DNA of 64,000 nucleotides from Deferribacterales bacterium (GTDB lineage: Bacteria; Chrysiogenota; Deferribacteres; Deferribacterales; Geovibrionaceae). A program made the position numbers and the translations under genes. The stretch spans positions 660,675 through 724,674 of the forward strand of contig JBFWJS010000001.1 in the NCBI GenBank assembly GCA_050253075.1, in the 5' to 3' direction. Positions 47,501 through 56,969 of the stretch are shown one piece after another; position 1 is the first letter of the stretch, and the number at the start of each line of letters is the position of its first letter. Under the pieces are notes generated by a model. The model ran no database searches. It saw only the letters and a list, made by a program, of their open reading frames with translations, and had not been told where the DNA came from.

Positions 47501-48549
47501 TTTCCACCGATGCTTTTCAGATTTGTTATGTATGGGGGCTTTATTATCCCCTTTTCCGTGATGATGCCTGTCACCAGACTGTTCGGGGTGACGTCGAATG
47601 CGGGGTTCAGCACAGAGATATCCTCCGGTGCCGTGCGCTTATCGCCGAAGTGGCAAACCTCGTCTGCGCCCCTCTGCTCTATCACGATGTCTTCGCCTGT
47701 TTCAGTCCCCGGGTCGAATGTGGATGACGGACATGCGACATAAAAAGGTATGCCGTAGTGCTTCGCCAGTATCGCCACGCCCAGCGTGCCTATCTTATTT
47801 GCGACGTCGCCGTTTGCTGCCACTCTGTCTGTACCGACTATCACAAGGTCTATCTTACCGCTTGCCATCGTGCTGGCCGCCATGTTGTCGCATATGAGCG
47901 TGACGTCTAGCCCTGCCCTTTGCAGCTCCCATGCCGTGAGGCGTGAGCCCTGACAAAGCGGGCGTGTCTCGTCTGCGAATATGCGGAACTTGACCCCGTC
48001 TGCGGCAGCCATATACATAGGTGCCGTGGCTGTGCCCAGTCTGGATGTGGCTAGGCTTCCTGCGTTGCAGTGGGTGAGAACTCCGCACCCTTTTTTGATA
48101 AGGGATTTGCCGTGTTCGCCTATCCCCTGACATATGGCGATATCTTCGTTATGTATCTTTACGGCCTCTGTCACGAGGGCTTCGTATATCTTATGAGTGT
48201 CTTTGGATTTGCATGCGTATGCTCTCTTCATCATGCGCTTAAGAGCCCAGCTCAGGTTTACCGCTGTGGGGCGGGAGCTGTTGAGGTAGTGCGCCTCGCT
48301 CTGTACCTCGGCGATGAATGAGCTGTATGACTTATCCATATGTGCCTGAGCGCATATGCACAGCCCGTATGCACCGGCAATGCCGATGGCGGGTGCGCCT
48401 CTTACCTTTAGAGTTTTAATAGCTATGAAGACCTCGTCTCTGGTGGATAGCTGAACCTCTATGAAGTGTTCGGGCAGGACGGTCTGGTCGATGATGAAGA
48501 GCTTGTCGTCCTCCCATCTGAGAGTGTCGGGAAGTTTATCGAAGATCAT
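47497..48549 (-). CDS. mtnA: S-methyl-5-thioribose-1-phosphate isomerase
   Basis: VRGAPAIG, RPTAVNL, THCNAG, ETRP..QG.RLT, NKIGT and NPAFDVTP. Confidence 0.93.
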   Translation of the reverse strand: MIFDKLPDTLRWEDDKLFIIDQTVLPEHFIEVQLSTRDEVFIAIKTLKVRGAPAIGIAGAYGLCICAQAHMDKSYSSFIAEVQSEAHYLNSSRPTAVNLSWALKRMMKRAYACKSKDTHKIYEALVTEAVKIHNEDIAICQGIGEHGKSLIKKGCGVLTHCNAGSLATSRLGTATAPMYMAAADGVKFRIFADETRPLCQGSRLTAWELQRAGLDVTLICDNMAASTMASGKIDLVIVGTDRVAANGDVANKIGTLGVAILAKHYGIPFYVACPSSTFDPGTETGEDIVIEQRGADEVCHFGDKRTAPEDISVLNPAFDVTPNSLVTGIITEKGIIKPPYITNLKSIGGK

Positions 48550-49006
48550 GTATACCCTCCGAGCTAAGGAGTTTTATTTTATTATCAATGCCGCTGGAGA
48601 ATCCGCCCAGCTTATTCCCCGCTGCCGTTACCCTGTGGCAGGGGATAGCTATGAGGAATCTGTTATTAGACATAGCAGAGCCCACTGCTCGTGATGCCTT
48701 CGGACTGCCTGCCAGTGCGGCCAGTTCGCCGTATGTGACGGTTTTTCCGCAGGGGACGAGTGCCAGAGCCTTATATACCCTTAGCTGAAAGTCTGTCGTC
48801 CAGCTAAGGTCGAAGTCTGCGAGAGCTTCGAAAATCATAGGCTGTTTTGTGTGGTCGGCAAGGTATTCGCCAATGTAGCTGAAATGTTCAGGGAGAGCCT
48901 CCAGAAGAACCCCTCGGGGCATTTCGGAGGATATCCCGTATATTTTGTTATCGTCAAAAGACACATACAGGTCGAGACCTGAAATATTCTTTATATGTGT
49001 CCACAT
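48536..49006 (-). CDS. ogt: Methylated-DNA-protein-cysteine methyltransferase
   Basis: TYGELA..SRAVG..IPCHRV. Confidence 0.9.
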   Translation of the reverse strand: MWTHIKNISGLDLYVSFDDNKIYGISSEMPRGVLLEALPEHFSYIGEYLADHTKQPMIFEALADFDLSWTTDFQLRVYKALALVPCGKTVTYGELAALAGSPKASRAVGSAMSNNRFLIAIPCHRVTAAGNKLGGFSSGIDNKIKLLSSEGIHDLR

Positions 49007-49013
49007 TCCAATA

Positions 49014-50132
49014 CTACGCTCCTAATAAAAATGATATGTCCCAGTCCTTCATGACAGGGTCGTAACCTTTAGAGCGTAACATATTACAGAATTCTTCGAC
49101 ACTTCTTTTGTCCTCAACCTCAAATTGCTTCCCTTTATGCTCCTTTGCATATCCGCCTGGCTCAGTCTTTGAGCCTGCGCTCATCTGTGTCACGCCGAGG
49201 GGGAGCAGGTTGTCACGGAAGTCGGCAGACTCCCTTGTGGAGATGTTTATGCCGAGGTCGTGCTGAAACAGCCTGTGTGCCAGTGTCATCTGCACATAGC
49301 TGATGTCGTCTACTATGTTATGCGGCTTGAAATTGCCCGATGCTTTTCTTATCCGTGGGAAAGACACGGAGACGTGCGTCTTCCAGTAGTTTTTCATTAT
49401 ATAGTTCGCATGGAGTGCGAGGAAGAACTGATCCGTGCGGAAATCGTCGAGCCCCATCAGAGCCCCCATCCCTATAGACCTGAAGCCCGCCTCTGCGCCC
49501 CTTTCGGGCCCGCCCAGACGCCAGCCGAAGTCACGTTTTTTACCTGCGGGGTGCATATCTGCGTAGGTGTCACGGTTATATGTTTCCTGAAACATTGTCA
49601 GTCCGTCCACGCCGTGCTTATACATCAGGGCATAGTCCTCCACAGACATAGGATAGACCTCTATGCAGATGGAGCTGAATTTATCCTTCATAAGGTTTAC
49701 GGCGTTGATGAGGTAGTCTGTGCCCACCTGTGCGGGATGTTCGCCCGTTACCAGCAGCATGTGGCGGATGCCCATGTTGTAGACTATCTCTGTTTCCTTG
49801 CTGATCTCTTCGTCATTCAGGATGACCCTCGGTATCTCATTATGCCTGTTGAATCCGCAGTATTTGCAGGAGTTCGAGCAGACATTTGAGAGATACATCG
49901 GTGCGTATATCTTTATGGTTTTGCCGAATCTGCGCAGGGTGATGTCGGATGCCTGCTGAGCCATAGGCTCGAGGTATGCCTCCGCAGCGGGGGATAGGAG
50001 TGCGGCGAGGTCTTCCTCGTCGAGCTTGTCCTTGCCCAGTGCGAATTCCACATCGGCGGCAGTTCGGGAATATATGAAGTCTTTCGTGTCGTTAAAGCCG
50101 TACTTGTCCAGTTCCTTTTCAAAACTCATCAT
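49014..50132 (-). CDS. thiH: 2-iminoacetate synthase (radical SAM)
   Basis: CSNSCKYCGF, FQETY, ISTRE and SAGSKTEPGGY; directly follows thiG. Confidence 0.9.
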   Translation of the reverse strand: MMSFEKELDKYGFNDTKDFIYSRTAADVEFALGKDKLDEEDLAALLSPAAEAYLEPMAQQASDITLRRFGKTIKIYAPMYLSNVCSNSCKYCGFNRHNEIPRVILNDEEISKETEIVYNMGIRHMLLVTGEHPAQVGTDYLINAVNLMKDKFSSICIEVYPMSVEDYALMYKHGVDGLTMFQETYNRDTYADMHPAGKKRDFGWRLGGPERGAEAGFRSIGMGALMGLDDFRTDQFFLALHANYIMKNYWKTHVSVSFPRIRKASGNFKPHNIVDDISYVQMTLAHRLFQHDLGINISTRESADFRDNLLPLGVTQMSAGSKTEPGGYAKEHKGKQFEVEDKRSVEEFCNMLRSKGYDPVMKDWDISFLLGA

Positions 50133-50908
50133 CAGCTCCTGAGGAATCCTGTCAGCGGGCTGGACGCCTCTGCTTTTTCCTTGCGTCCGGGCATGCCTGC
50201 GTCTCTGGCTGTGACGGCTGCTTCCACGCTGAGTTTGAATGCGAGAGCCATCTTCACAGGGTCTTTCGCCGTGGCTATTGCAGTGTTCACCAGCACGGAG
50301 TCGGCTCCCATTTCGATAGCTTTCGCTGCGTGGGATGGTGCGCCAATCCCTGCGTCGACCACCACGGGCACCTTTGCCTGTTCGATGATGATGCGCAGGT
50401 TGTCCTCTGTGGTTATGCCTCTGTTGCTGCCTATCGGTGCGCCGAGGGGCATAACTGTCACAGTGCCTATCTCCTCAAGTCGTTTGCAGAGGATAGGGTC
50501 TGCATTTATGTATGGCAGCACTTTGAAGCCGTCTTTGACGAGTATCTCGGCTGCTTTGAATGTTTCTATCGGGTCGGGGAGCAGATAGTATGGGTCGGGG
50601 GTGACTTCGAGCTTCACCCACGGCTCACATCCTGCGGCTCGGGCTATGCGGGCGAGGCGGACTGCTTCTTCCGCATCTCTGGCTCCGGATGTATTGGGGA
50701 GCAGAAGGTATTTGTCTGATGTGATGTGTCTGAGGATGTCGTCTGCGGGATTGTTTATGTCTACTCTGCGCATGGCAACAGTGACAATCTCGGCTCCGGA
50801 TGCTTCGATGGCCTCTGCCATTTTGTCGGAACTGCTGAACTTACCCGTACCTACCATCAGACGGCTTCTGAATTTTCTTCCGTCAATTACAAGCTCATTG
50901 CTAAACAT
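50132..50908 (-). CDS. thiG: Thiazole synthase
   Basis: [32 protein letters not shown] and SSPLTG; RBS GGAG before ATG 50908. Confidence 0.95.
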   Translation of the reverse strand: MFSNELVIDGRKFRSRLMVGTGKFSSSDKMAEAIEASGAEIVTVAMRRVDINNPADDILRHITSDKYLLLPNTSGARDAEEAVRLARIARAAGCEPWVKLEVTPDPYYLLPDPIETFKAAEILVKDGFKVLPYINADPILCKRLEEIGTVTVMPLGAPIGSNRGITTEDNLRIIIEQAKVPVVVDAGIGAPSHAAKAIEMGADSVLVNTAIATAKDPVKMALAFKLSVEAAVTARDAGMPGRKEKAEASSPLTGFLRS

Positions 50909-50965
50909 GGACGTACTCCAAAATATTAAGATTATATTGTAAATGTGTGACTCGCCAAAACACAT

Positions 50966-51074
50966 AACTGCATGGATGCAGTTCGGTTTGAGCCTCGGTG
51001 AAAACCGTAGACCTTGACTGATACTTGTTCAGGCAAGTCGACTTTAAAAACGCCACGGATGGCTGTTTTTAAAG
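50966..51074 (+). repeat. Four-hairpin GGA-loop structured element, copy A
   Basis: Same hairpin order and TACTTGTTCA motif as 63011-63122. Confidence 0.6.
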
Positions 51075-51245
51075 AAATTACTAGGGGTAGGTAGGGCTAT
51101 ATTAACGCTTTTTGAGCATGTGTCAATTAATACTTTCTAAACGCTCAATATGAGGGTAGTTTATGTATCAGTAAAAAAGTGCGATACCCCATAGGGCTTT
51201 ATGTGCTAATGAAAATATACCGCTCGCCGGTATCAGGAATATAAT

Positions 51246-52403
51246 ATGAAAACAAATAACAAATTCAGATTTGCCGATGTCACAGTGCTTTCGCTGGCAC
51301 ATCTGGCACATGATACATTCTCTGCCTTTCTTGCGCCCCTGCTCCCACTGCTGATAACAAAGCTGGGCATGTCGCTCTCCATGACTGCATTTCTGGATAT
51401 AGCAAGGCGCATCCCCGCTCTCTTCAATCCTTTGCTGGGACTGATGGCGGAGCGTACGGGCGGGAAATATATAGTGATACTCACACCCGCTGTCACAGCC
51501 GTGAGCATGTGCTTCATCGGTCTGGCTAACTCGTTTACCATGCTGCTCATACTGCTCTTTGTGGCGGGGATTTCTGCGGCGCTGTTTCACATACCGACAC
51601 CGGTGATAATAAAAGAGGCGTCGGGCGACCGCATAGGCCGAGGCATGAGCTTCTTTATGGTAGGGGGCGAGCTGGCGAGGACTCTCGGGCCTCTGCTGGC
51701 GATAGCTGCCGTTTCTGCATGGGGGCTGGAGGGGATATATATGCTGATCCCGCTGCCGCTGGCGTCATCTTTCATGCTTTATCTGAAACTGCGCAACTAT
51801 GATGTCAAAACGAACCGAAAGCCGAAAGAGAAGGGGGACACGAGGAAGATAGTCAATATGTACTGGCCGCTTTTCGTATCTCTCGGTGCTTTCATCTTTT
51901 TCCAGTCGGGGATGAAGAGTGCGCTGACCTTGTATCTGCCTGTGTATCTCACCGGGCAGGGTGCGTCTTTGTGGTTTGCTGGGATATCTCTGTCTGTATT
52001 ACAGTTCTTTGGCGTGGTGGGCACATTCATGGCGGGGAGCATCTCTGACAGAATAGGGCGCAGGGCTACACTTGTGATATCCAGTATCTGTTCGTTCGTT
52101 TTCATGATGATATTCATCTACACTCAGAACATCGTGGTGCTAAGTGTTCTCGGGCTTTTCCTCTTTGCTTCTGGGCCTGTGCTGATGGCGGGTATGCAGG
52201 ACACGAAGTCGAGCATGCCGACATTCATGAACAGCATGTACATGTTCATAAACTTTGGCGCAAGCTCCATAATAGTCTTCGTCCTCGGCATGATGGGCGA
52301 CCGCCTAGGGCTGGAGCGTACATACTTCCTCTGCACACTTTTTGCACTGGGAACTATCCCTGCGGGATTCTTCTTCGCTCATTTTATAAAACGCATGGAT
52401 TAA
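51246..52403 (+). CDS. MFS transporter (Fsr-like)
   Basis: About 12 TMs; AHLAHD, ALFHIP and GSISDRIGRR. Confidence 0.88.
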   Translation: MKTNNKFRFADVTVLSLAHLAHDTFSAFLAPLLPLLITKLGMSLSMTAFLDIARRIPALFNPLLGLMAERTGGKYIVILTPAVTAVSMCFIGLANSFTMLLILLFVAGISAALFHIPTPVIIKEASGDRIGRGMSFFMVGGELARTLGPLLAIAAVSAWGLEGIYMLIPLPLASSFMLYLKLRNYDVKTNRKPKEKGDTRKIVNMYWPLFVSLGAFIFFQSGMKSALTLYLPVYLTGQGASLWFAGISLSVLQFFGVVGTFMAGSISDRIGRRATLVISSICSFVFMMIFIYTQNIVVLSVLGLFLFASGPVLMAGMQDTKSSMPTFMNSMYMFINFGASSIIVFVLGMMGDRLGLERTYFLCTLFALGTIPAGFFFAHFIKRMD

Positions 52404-52441
52404 AAGGAATAAGCCCCGCATTTAGACAGGGCTTGTATATT

Positions 52442-52837
52442 TTATCCGCAGCCGCAGGTTGCGCCTGTGGAGGATTTGCTTTCGGAGCCTTCTGTGGGGT
52501 GCCCGTCACGCTTCCACCAGTCGAGCCCGCCCATAAGCTCTTTCACTCTGAAGCCGAGCTTTGTCATTTTCAGTGCGCCCTTTGTGGATGCATTACAGCC
52601 TATGCCGTCGCAGTATGTTACTATCAGTGCTTTCTTATCAATGTTTTCGGTGGTGTCCTTATCCATCAGAGAGTGGTGCAGGTTTATTGCACCCGGGATA
52701 TGTTCTTTCTCGTATGCATTGACTGCACGGGCATCTATCACGATAACGTTTTCCTTGTTTGACATCGCCACCATAAGATCCCATGAGTCTGTCTCGTATG
52801 TCAGTTTGTCTTCGTAATGCTTGAGCTGATCTTTCAT
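52442..52837 (-). CDS. Rhodanese-domain protein
   Basis: IDAR..HIPGA, TYCDGIGCN and GGLDWW; ends in CGCG. Confidence 0.88.
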   Translation of the reverse strand: MKDQLKHYEDKLTYETDSWDLMVAMSNKENVIVIDARAVNAYEKEHIPGAINLHHSLMDKDTTENIDKKALIVTYCDGIGCNASTKGALKMTKLGFRVKELMGGLDWWKRDGHPTEGSESKSSTGATCGCG

Positions 52838-52954
52838 TATTAGCCTCCGATGAGTAATAAAATAATAATCTAAGGTAAAATCAGATTATAGCTAATAATA
52901 TAATACGCAAGAATAGATGTAAATAAGAAAATTAGGCATATTTAAAGAATGGGC

Positions 52955-53359
52955 TTATAAAGTAAGGTTATAGATGAATATGAACGATAATATAAAGACA
53001 AGTGGGGTAAATATGAGGGTATCCATAAGTCCGAAGTCTGTTCTGGCGACTTTTTTGAAGATTCCCATGTGTTTGAAATCGCCTATGCCTCTGATAAAGA
53101 AGACTGCGGCGTAAAACATCGTAAGGCCGACGGTCAGCTTAGACGGTGAAAGATTATGCTTCACCAGCACCATAGCCCCGATGAGGAGAAATACTGCAAC
53201 GGCGAGGGTTGCTGCGAATCCGGGCTTAAAGATGGGTTCGCCCGCCTCTGTGGTGGGGATCACTGCTCCGGTGAGTAATTTCCCGCCGAAAGCCCAGTAA
53301 ATATGAAGAGCCGCTACCACGCAAAGGGCTGCAGCAGCTATATAAATAATAAAGTCCAT
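52955..53359 (-). CDS. DUF3995-like membrane protein
   Basis: LHIYWAFGG, RGIGDF and D..IFTPL. Confidence 0.75.
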   Translation of the reverse strand: MDFIIYIAAAALCVVAALHIYWAFGGKLLTGAVIPTTEAGEPIFKPGFAATLAVAVFLLIGAMVLVKHNLSPSKLTVGLTMFYAAVFFIRGIGDFKHMGIFKKVARTDFGLMDTLIFTPLVFILSFIFIYNLTL

Positions 53360-53399
53360 AACAAGTAAATAGCCTATCGGGTGAGCCGTGTCAACAACA

Positions 53400-54335
53400 T
53401 CAGGAGGGCTCGTATATCGAAAGCATCCTTCTTACCCTCTGCGCCACCTCGTCCCTGACATACTGTGGCGAGACGCATTCGCACCATGCCCCCATGGAGA
53501 GGATAATGCCGTAGCTGTAGTTATCTCCCATAAAGGGTACATCTGTCGAGTATCTGCCGTCGGACTGCAGTGTGTATGTCAGGTCGCCGAATACCTCTGT
53601 CAGGTAGCCACGCTGTGAGCTGTCTATAAGCAGGCGCACCTGTGTCAGCCTGTCTCGGATGTCGGGGTCAAAGCCTATGGGGGCTGGCTCACCCTCCCTG
53701 GGGGTGAAAGTGTCTTTCAGCATAGTGATGTCTGTCATGCGGGAGAGTTTGAAAGTACGGTAGTCGTTGCGCATGGTGCAGTATGCCTGCATATACCAGC
53801 TGCCCGCTTTGGAAACCAGCTTGTATGGTTCTACCTTCCTTGCGGAGATTTCCCCGCCTGAATCCATATATCCGAATGTGATAAGACGGTTCTTTTCAAA
53901 TGCTTCACGTATGATGTTCAGTATGTGTCTGTAGTCTTTGTTGCTTATCCACGGGGCTGCGTCTATGGATATCTTTTCAGCGAACTGTTCGATCTTCTGC
54001 GCTTGCTCTGCAGGTATCAGCCCCTTTATCTTTTCCAGTATGCCTGTCAGCTCGCTTGTGGAGAGGGCATTGGAGACGCTGTTCAGCCCTATCATCAGCT
54101 TTTGCAGGTCGTCGGATGTGAAGACACGTTTGTCGACCTTATACTGCTTCATTATGCTGATACCGCCGTTTACCCCTGTTTCGGTGACGATGGGTATGCC
54201 CGCCAGCTCTATGCTCTCCAGGTCACGGTATATGGTGCGCCTGCTCACCTCAAACATCTCTGCCAGCCTGCCTGCGCTCACCCTTTCGTGATTCAGCAAG
54301 ACCATAATGATGGATATCAGTCTGTCTGTCTTCAA
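53400..54335 (-). CDS. YafY-family HTH-WYL transcriptional regulator
   Basis: FEVSRRTIYRD, RKVEPYKL and WYMQAYC.MRNDYRTFKLSRM. Confidence 0.92.
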   Translation of the reverse strand: MKTDRLISIIMVLLNHERVSAGRLAEMFEVSRRTIYRDLESIELAGIPIVTETGVNGGISIMKQYKVDKRVFTSDDLQKLMIGLNSVSNALSTSELTGILEKIKGLIPAEQAQKIEQFAEKISIDAAPWISNKDYRHILNIIREAFEKNRLITFGYMDSGGEISARKVEPYKLVSKAGSWYMQAYCTMRNDYRTFKLSRMTDITMLKDTFTPREGEPAPIGFDPDIRDRLTQVRLLIDSSQRGYLTEVFGDLTYTLQSDGRYSTDVPFMGDNYSYGIILSMGAWCECVSPQYVRDEVAQRVRRMLSIYEPS

Positions 54336-54364
54336 ATGTGCCTCCGAAATTAAATTTAAAACTA

Positions 54365-54380
54365 TGACATAAGGATGTCA
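54365..54380. promoter_or_regulatory. Probable operator of the WYL regulator
   Basis: Palindrome TGACAT-AAGG-ATGTCA between divergent genes. Confidence 0.65.
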
Positions 54381-54421
54381 ACATTACTGTGTTACAGTTC
54401 TAAAAATTGCGGAGGTGCAGT

Positions 54422-54844
54422 ATGGAATTTATTGATCATATGAAGCAGATATTAAGCGAACAGAAGGACATAGCCCTTGCCACCAGTGTGGATAACAAGG
54501 CAAATGTGCGGATACTTGAATTTTGCACAGACGACGAAAAGGACGGCGTCCTGTATTTCGCTACATTCATGGGTACGCAGAAGACTAAGGAATTCGCAGT
54601 GAATGACAAAGCCGCCTTTACAACCATCCCCTATGGAGAGCCAAAGCATGTCAGAGTGCACGAGGCAAAGGTTGTGAAGAGTGCAAAGACTGTCTATGAC
54701 CTGCTGGAAAAGTTTGCGGCTAAAAACCCGATGTATAGAGAGCTTGTGGAGCAGGCCGGCGCTGCCATGGAGGTATATGAGGTGCATTTCAGCGAAGCGT
54801 TTGTCGCTATTGATCATGAAGTTCAGGAAACAGTGAAGCTGTAG
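54422..54844 (+). CDS. Pyridoxamine 5'-phosphate oxidase-like flavoprotein
   Basis: IALATSVDNKANVR..LYFAT..KTKE. Confidence 0.8.
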   Translation: MEFIDHMKQILSEQKDIALATSVDNKANVRILEFCTDDEKDGVLYFATFMGTQKTKEFAVNDKAAFTTIPYGEPKHVRVHEAKVVKSAKTVYDLLEKFAAKNPMYRELVEQAGAAMEVYEVHFSEAFVAIDHEVQETVKL

Positions 54845-54848
54845 AAAC

Positions 54849-54881
54849 AAAAAAGCCCTGCCGTTTGACCGACAGGGCTTT
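54849..54881. terminator. Bidirectional terminator
   Basis: AAAAAAGCCCTG...CAGGGCTTT between convergent genes. Confidence 0.75.
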
Positions 54882-54942
54882 GTTTATTGTTTGATTTTGC
54901 TTAGGGCTTTGAAAGCCACGGAAACTGCGCAACAGGGGTTTA

Positions 54943-55818
54943 TTAGCCCTTGATCTGTCTCGCAACTTCCTCTGCAAAGTTCTCCTGCTTTTTTTCGATG
55001 CCTTCTCCCATCTCATAACGTGTGTATGTTATGATCTTAGCGCCTTTGCCGGCGAGAAGTTTCTCGATTGTAGTATCAGGATCTTTAACGAAAGGCTGGC
55101 TAACGAGGCAAACTTCTTTAAGAAGTTTAGCAACCTGACCTTTGATGATGTTAGGAATCATGTTTTCAGGTTTGCCCTGCTCAGCGAGCTTCGCAGCGAA
55201 TATCTCTTTCTCTTTTTCGATGTATGCAGCATCTACGAAAGATTCGTCGAGGTATCTAGGGTTGCTTGCTGCGATGTGGAGGCAAAGGTCTTTAGCGAGC
55301 TCTTCGTCTCCGCCGTCGAGGTTAACTATAACGCCTATCTTACCGCCCATGTGGATGTAAGTAGAGACGTTGTTACCGTCGAGCTTTGTAAATCTTCTGA
55401 TGCTGAGTTTCTCACCGATCTTAGCAACGTTAGCGTTGAGGAATTCCTCAACTGTCTGACCGCCTGCAGTTTTAACAGTCATGAAAGCGTCAACATCTGC
55501 AGGGCTCTCAGCGATGATAAGCTCTGCGAGTTCCTGTGCGAAATTTTTGAATGCGTCGTTTTTAGCTACGAAGTCAGTTTCAGAGTTAACTTCGAGGATA
55601 ACGCCGGATTTATTATCTTTAAGGGCAGCGACAACAGCGCCTTCTGCAGCGATACGGTCGGATTTTTTAGCAGCAGCAGCAAGACCCTTCTTACGAAGGA
55701 ACTCGATAGCCTCTTCCATATTTCCGTCTGTTTCGCCGAGTGCCTTTTTACAGTCCATCATACCGGCTCCGGTTCTTTCGCGGAGCTCTTTTACCATTGC
55801 GGCAGTGATCTGTGCCAT
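54943..55818 (-). CDS. tsf: Elongation factor Ts
   Basis: VKELRERTGAGMMDCKKAL and NSETDFVA. Confidence 0.98.
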   Translation of the reverse strand: MAQITAAMVKELRERTGAGMMDCKKALGETDGNMEEAIEFLRKKGLAAAAKKSDRIAAEGAVVAALKDNKSGVILEVNSETDFVAKNDAFKNFAQELAELIIAESPADVDAFMTVKTAGGQTVEEFLNANVAKIGEKLSIRRFTKLDGNNVSTYIHMGGKIGVIVNLDGGDEELAKDLCLHIAASNPRYLDESFVDAAYIEKEKEIFAAKLAEQGKPENMIPNIIKGQVAKLLKEVCLVSQPFVKDPDTTIEKLLAGKGAKIITYTRYEMGEGIEKKQENFAEEVARQIKG

Positions 55819-55839
55819 TTATTAATTCTCCTCTGTTGA

Positions 55840-56625
55840 TTATTCTGCTGGTGTTTCAGCAGCTTCTTCCTCTACGATCTGCTCTACAGGAACATCCTCG
55901 CCTTCAGCAGCTTCGCCCTGCTGACCTGATTGCTCTTCGTCTCTCATCTGGTTTCCTTCGATGATAGCATCAGCGATGCGTCCGGCGATGAGCTGACATG
56001 CACGGATAGCGTCGTCGTTACCAGGGATAGGGAAGTCAACGAGGTCAGGGTCGCAGTTTGTATCCACGATAGCAACTATTGGGATATCGAGTTTTTTAGC
56101 TTCTGCAACTGCGTTCTGCTCCATTTTGATGTCGATGATAAACATAACATCGGGGATGCCTGGCATCTCTTTGATACCGCCGAGGTTTTTAGAAAGTTTA
56201 TCAAGCTCTTTTTTGAGTTTTGACTGCTCTTTCTTAGTGTATTTGTTTACGTAGCCGGACTCGAACATCTCTTCGAGTTCTTTAAGTCTCTGGATACGTG
56301 ATTTGATAGTCTGGAAGTTTGTGAGTGTACCACCGAGCCAGCGCTCGTTCATGTAGTAAGCTCCGCATTTTTCAGCAGCTTCTTTGATAGCTTCCTGAGC
56401 CTGCTTTTTTGTACCTACGAAAAGGAAGTTGCTTCCGCTTTTCGCTGCGTCTCTTGTAAACTCGTATGCAGTGTTGAAACACTGAACAGTTTTCTGCAGG
56501 TCAAGGATATAGATACCGTTTCTAGCTCCGAAAACGTATTTGGACATTTTCGGGTTCCAGCGCTTAGTCTGGTGTCCGAAGTGTACACCTGCTTCGAGCA
56601 GGTTTTTCATTGAAATGTAAGACAT
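55840..56625 (-). CDS. rpsB: 30S ribosomal protein S2
   Basis: [19 protein letters not shown] and RWLGGTLTN. Confidence 0.98.
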   Translation of the reverse strand: MSYISMKNLLEAGVHFGHQTKRWNPKMSKYVFGARNGIYILDLQKTVQCFNTAYEFTRDAAKSGSNFLFVGTKKQAQEAIKEAAEKCGAYYMNERWLGGTLTNFQTIKSRIQRLKELEEMFESGYVNKYTKKEQSKLKKELDKLSKNLGGIKEMPGIPDVMFIIDIKMEQNAVAEAKKLDIPIVAIVDTNCDPDLVDFPIPGNDDAIRACQLIAGRIADAIIEGNQMRDEEQSGQQGEAAEGEDVPVEQIVEEEAAETPAE

Positions 56626-56670
56626 TGCTCCTCCAATATTTGGTATTTCCCAAGATACCGATTTTTATTT

Positions 56671-56752
56671 GTTTTTCCTCCGCCCTTGCAAACCGCCACC
56701 CGAAAGGTTTTCAGGCACTTGCCGGTTTTGCACGCAATAAGGGCGTGTGTAG
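56671..56752 (-). promoter_or_regulatory. rpsB (S2) leader structure
   Basis: ACACAC-GCCCTT..GCAAAACCG..CGGTTTGC-AAGGGC-GGAGG, the layout typical of S2 autoregulatory leaders. Confidence 0.65.
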
Positions 56753-56969
56753 TGGGGCTATACTTATAGCAACGTGAATATAAAATTGCAAGAAATTTCT
56801 CGGCACAGGCTCTGTAAAATAGTTGTGAAAGGAAAGTCTCTAAACAATGCGGGTATTTTTTGTTGTAAAAAAATATGAAAAGTTAGCAATTTATGCTAAA
56901 CTTACGTACTTGTATGGTATCTATGTGTAGAGATTATCTTACAGATTCTATTTTCATCGGGAGGAACGA

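Noticed and set aside
49014..50132. HydG hydrogenase maturase
   Set aside because: Short (372 aa), lacks the C-terminal Cys cluster motif, and directly follows thiG
50909..51120. TPP riboswitch upstream of thiG
   Set aside because: The minus strand lacks the CUGAGA and ACCUGA..GNAA..CG.AGG core; the hairpins belong to the GGA-loop element instead
50915..51126. Diverged direct repeats (ATATTAA..ATGTGT) flanking element copy A as a target duplication
   Set aside because: Similarity is limited to short AT-rich words and could be chance or just promoter boxes
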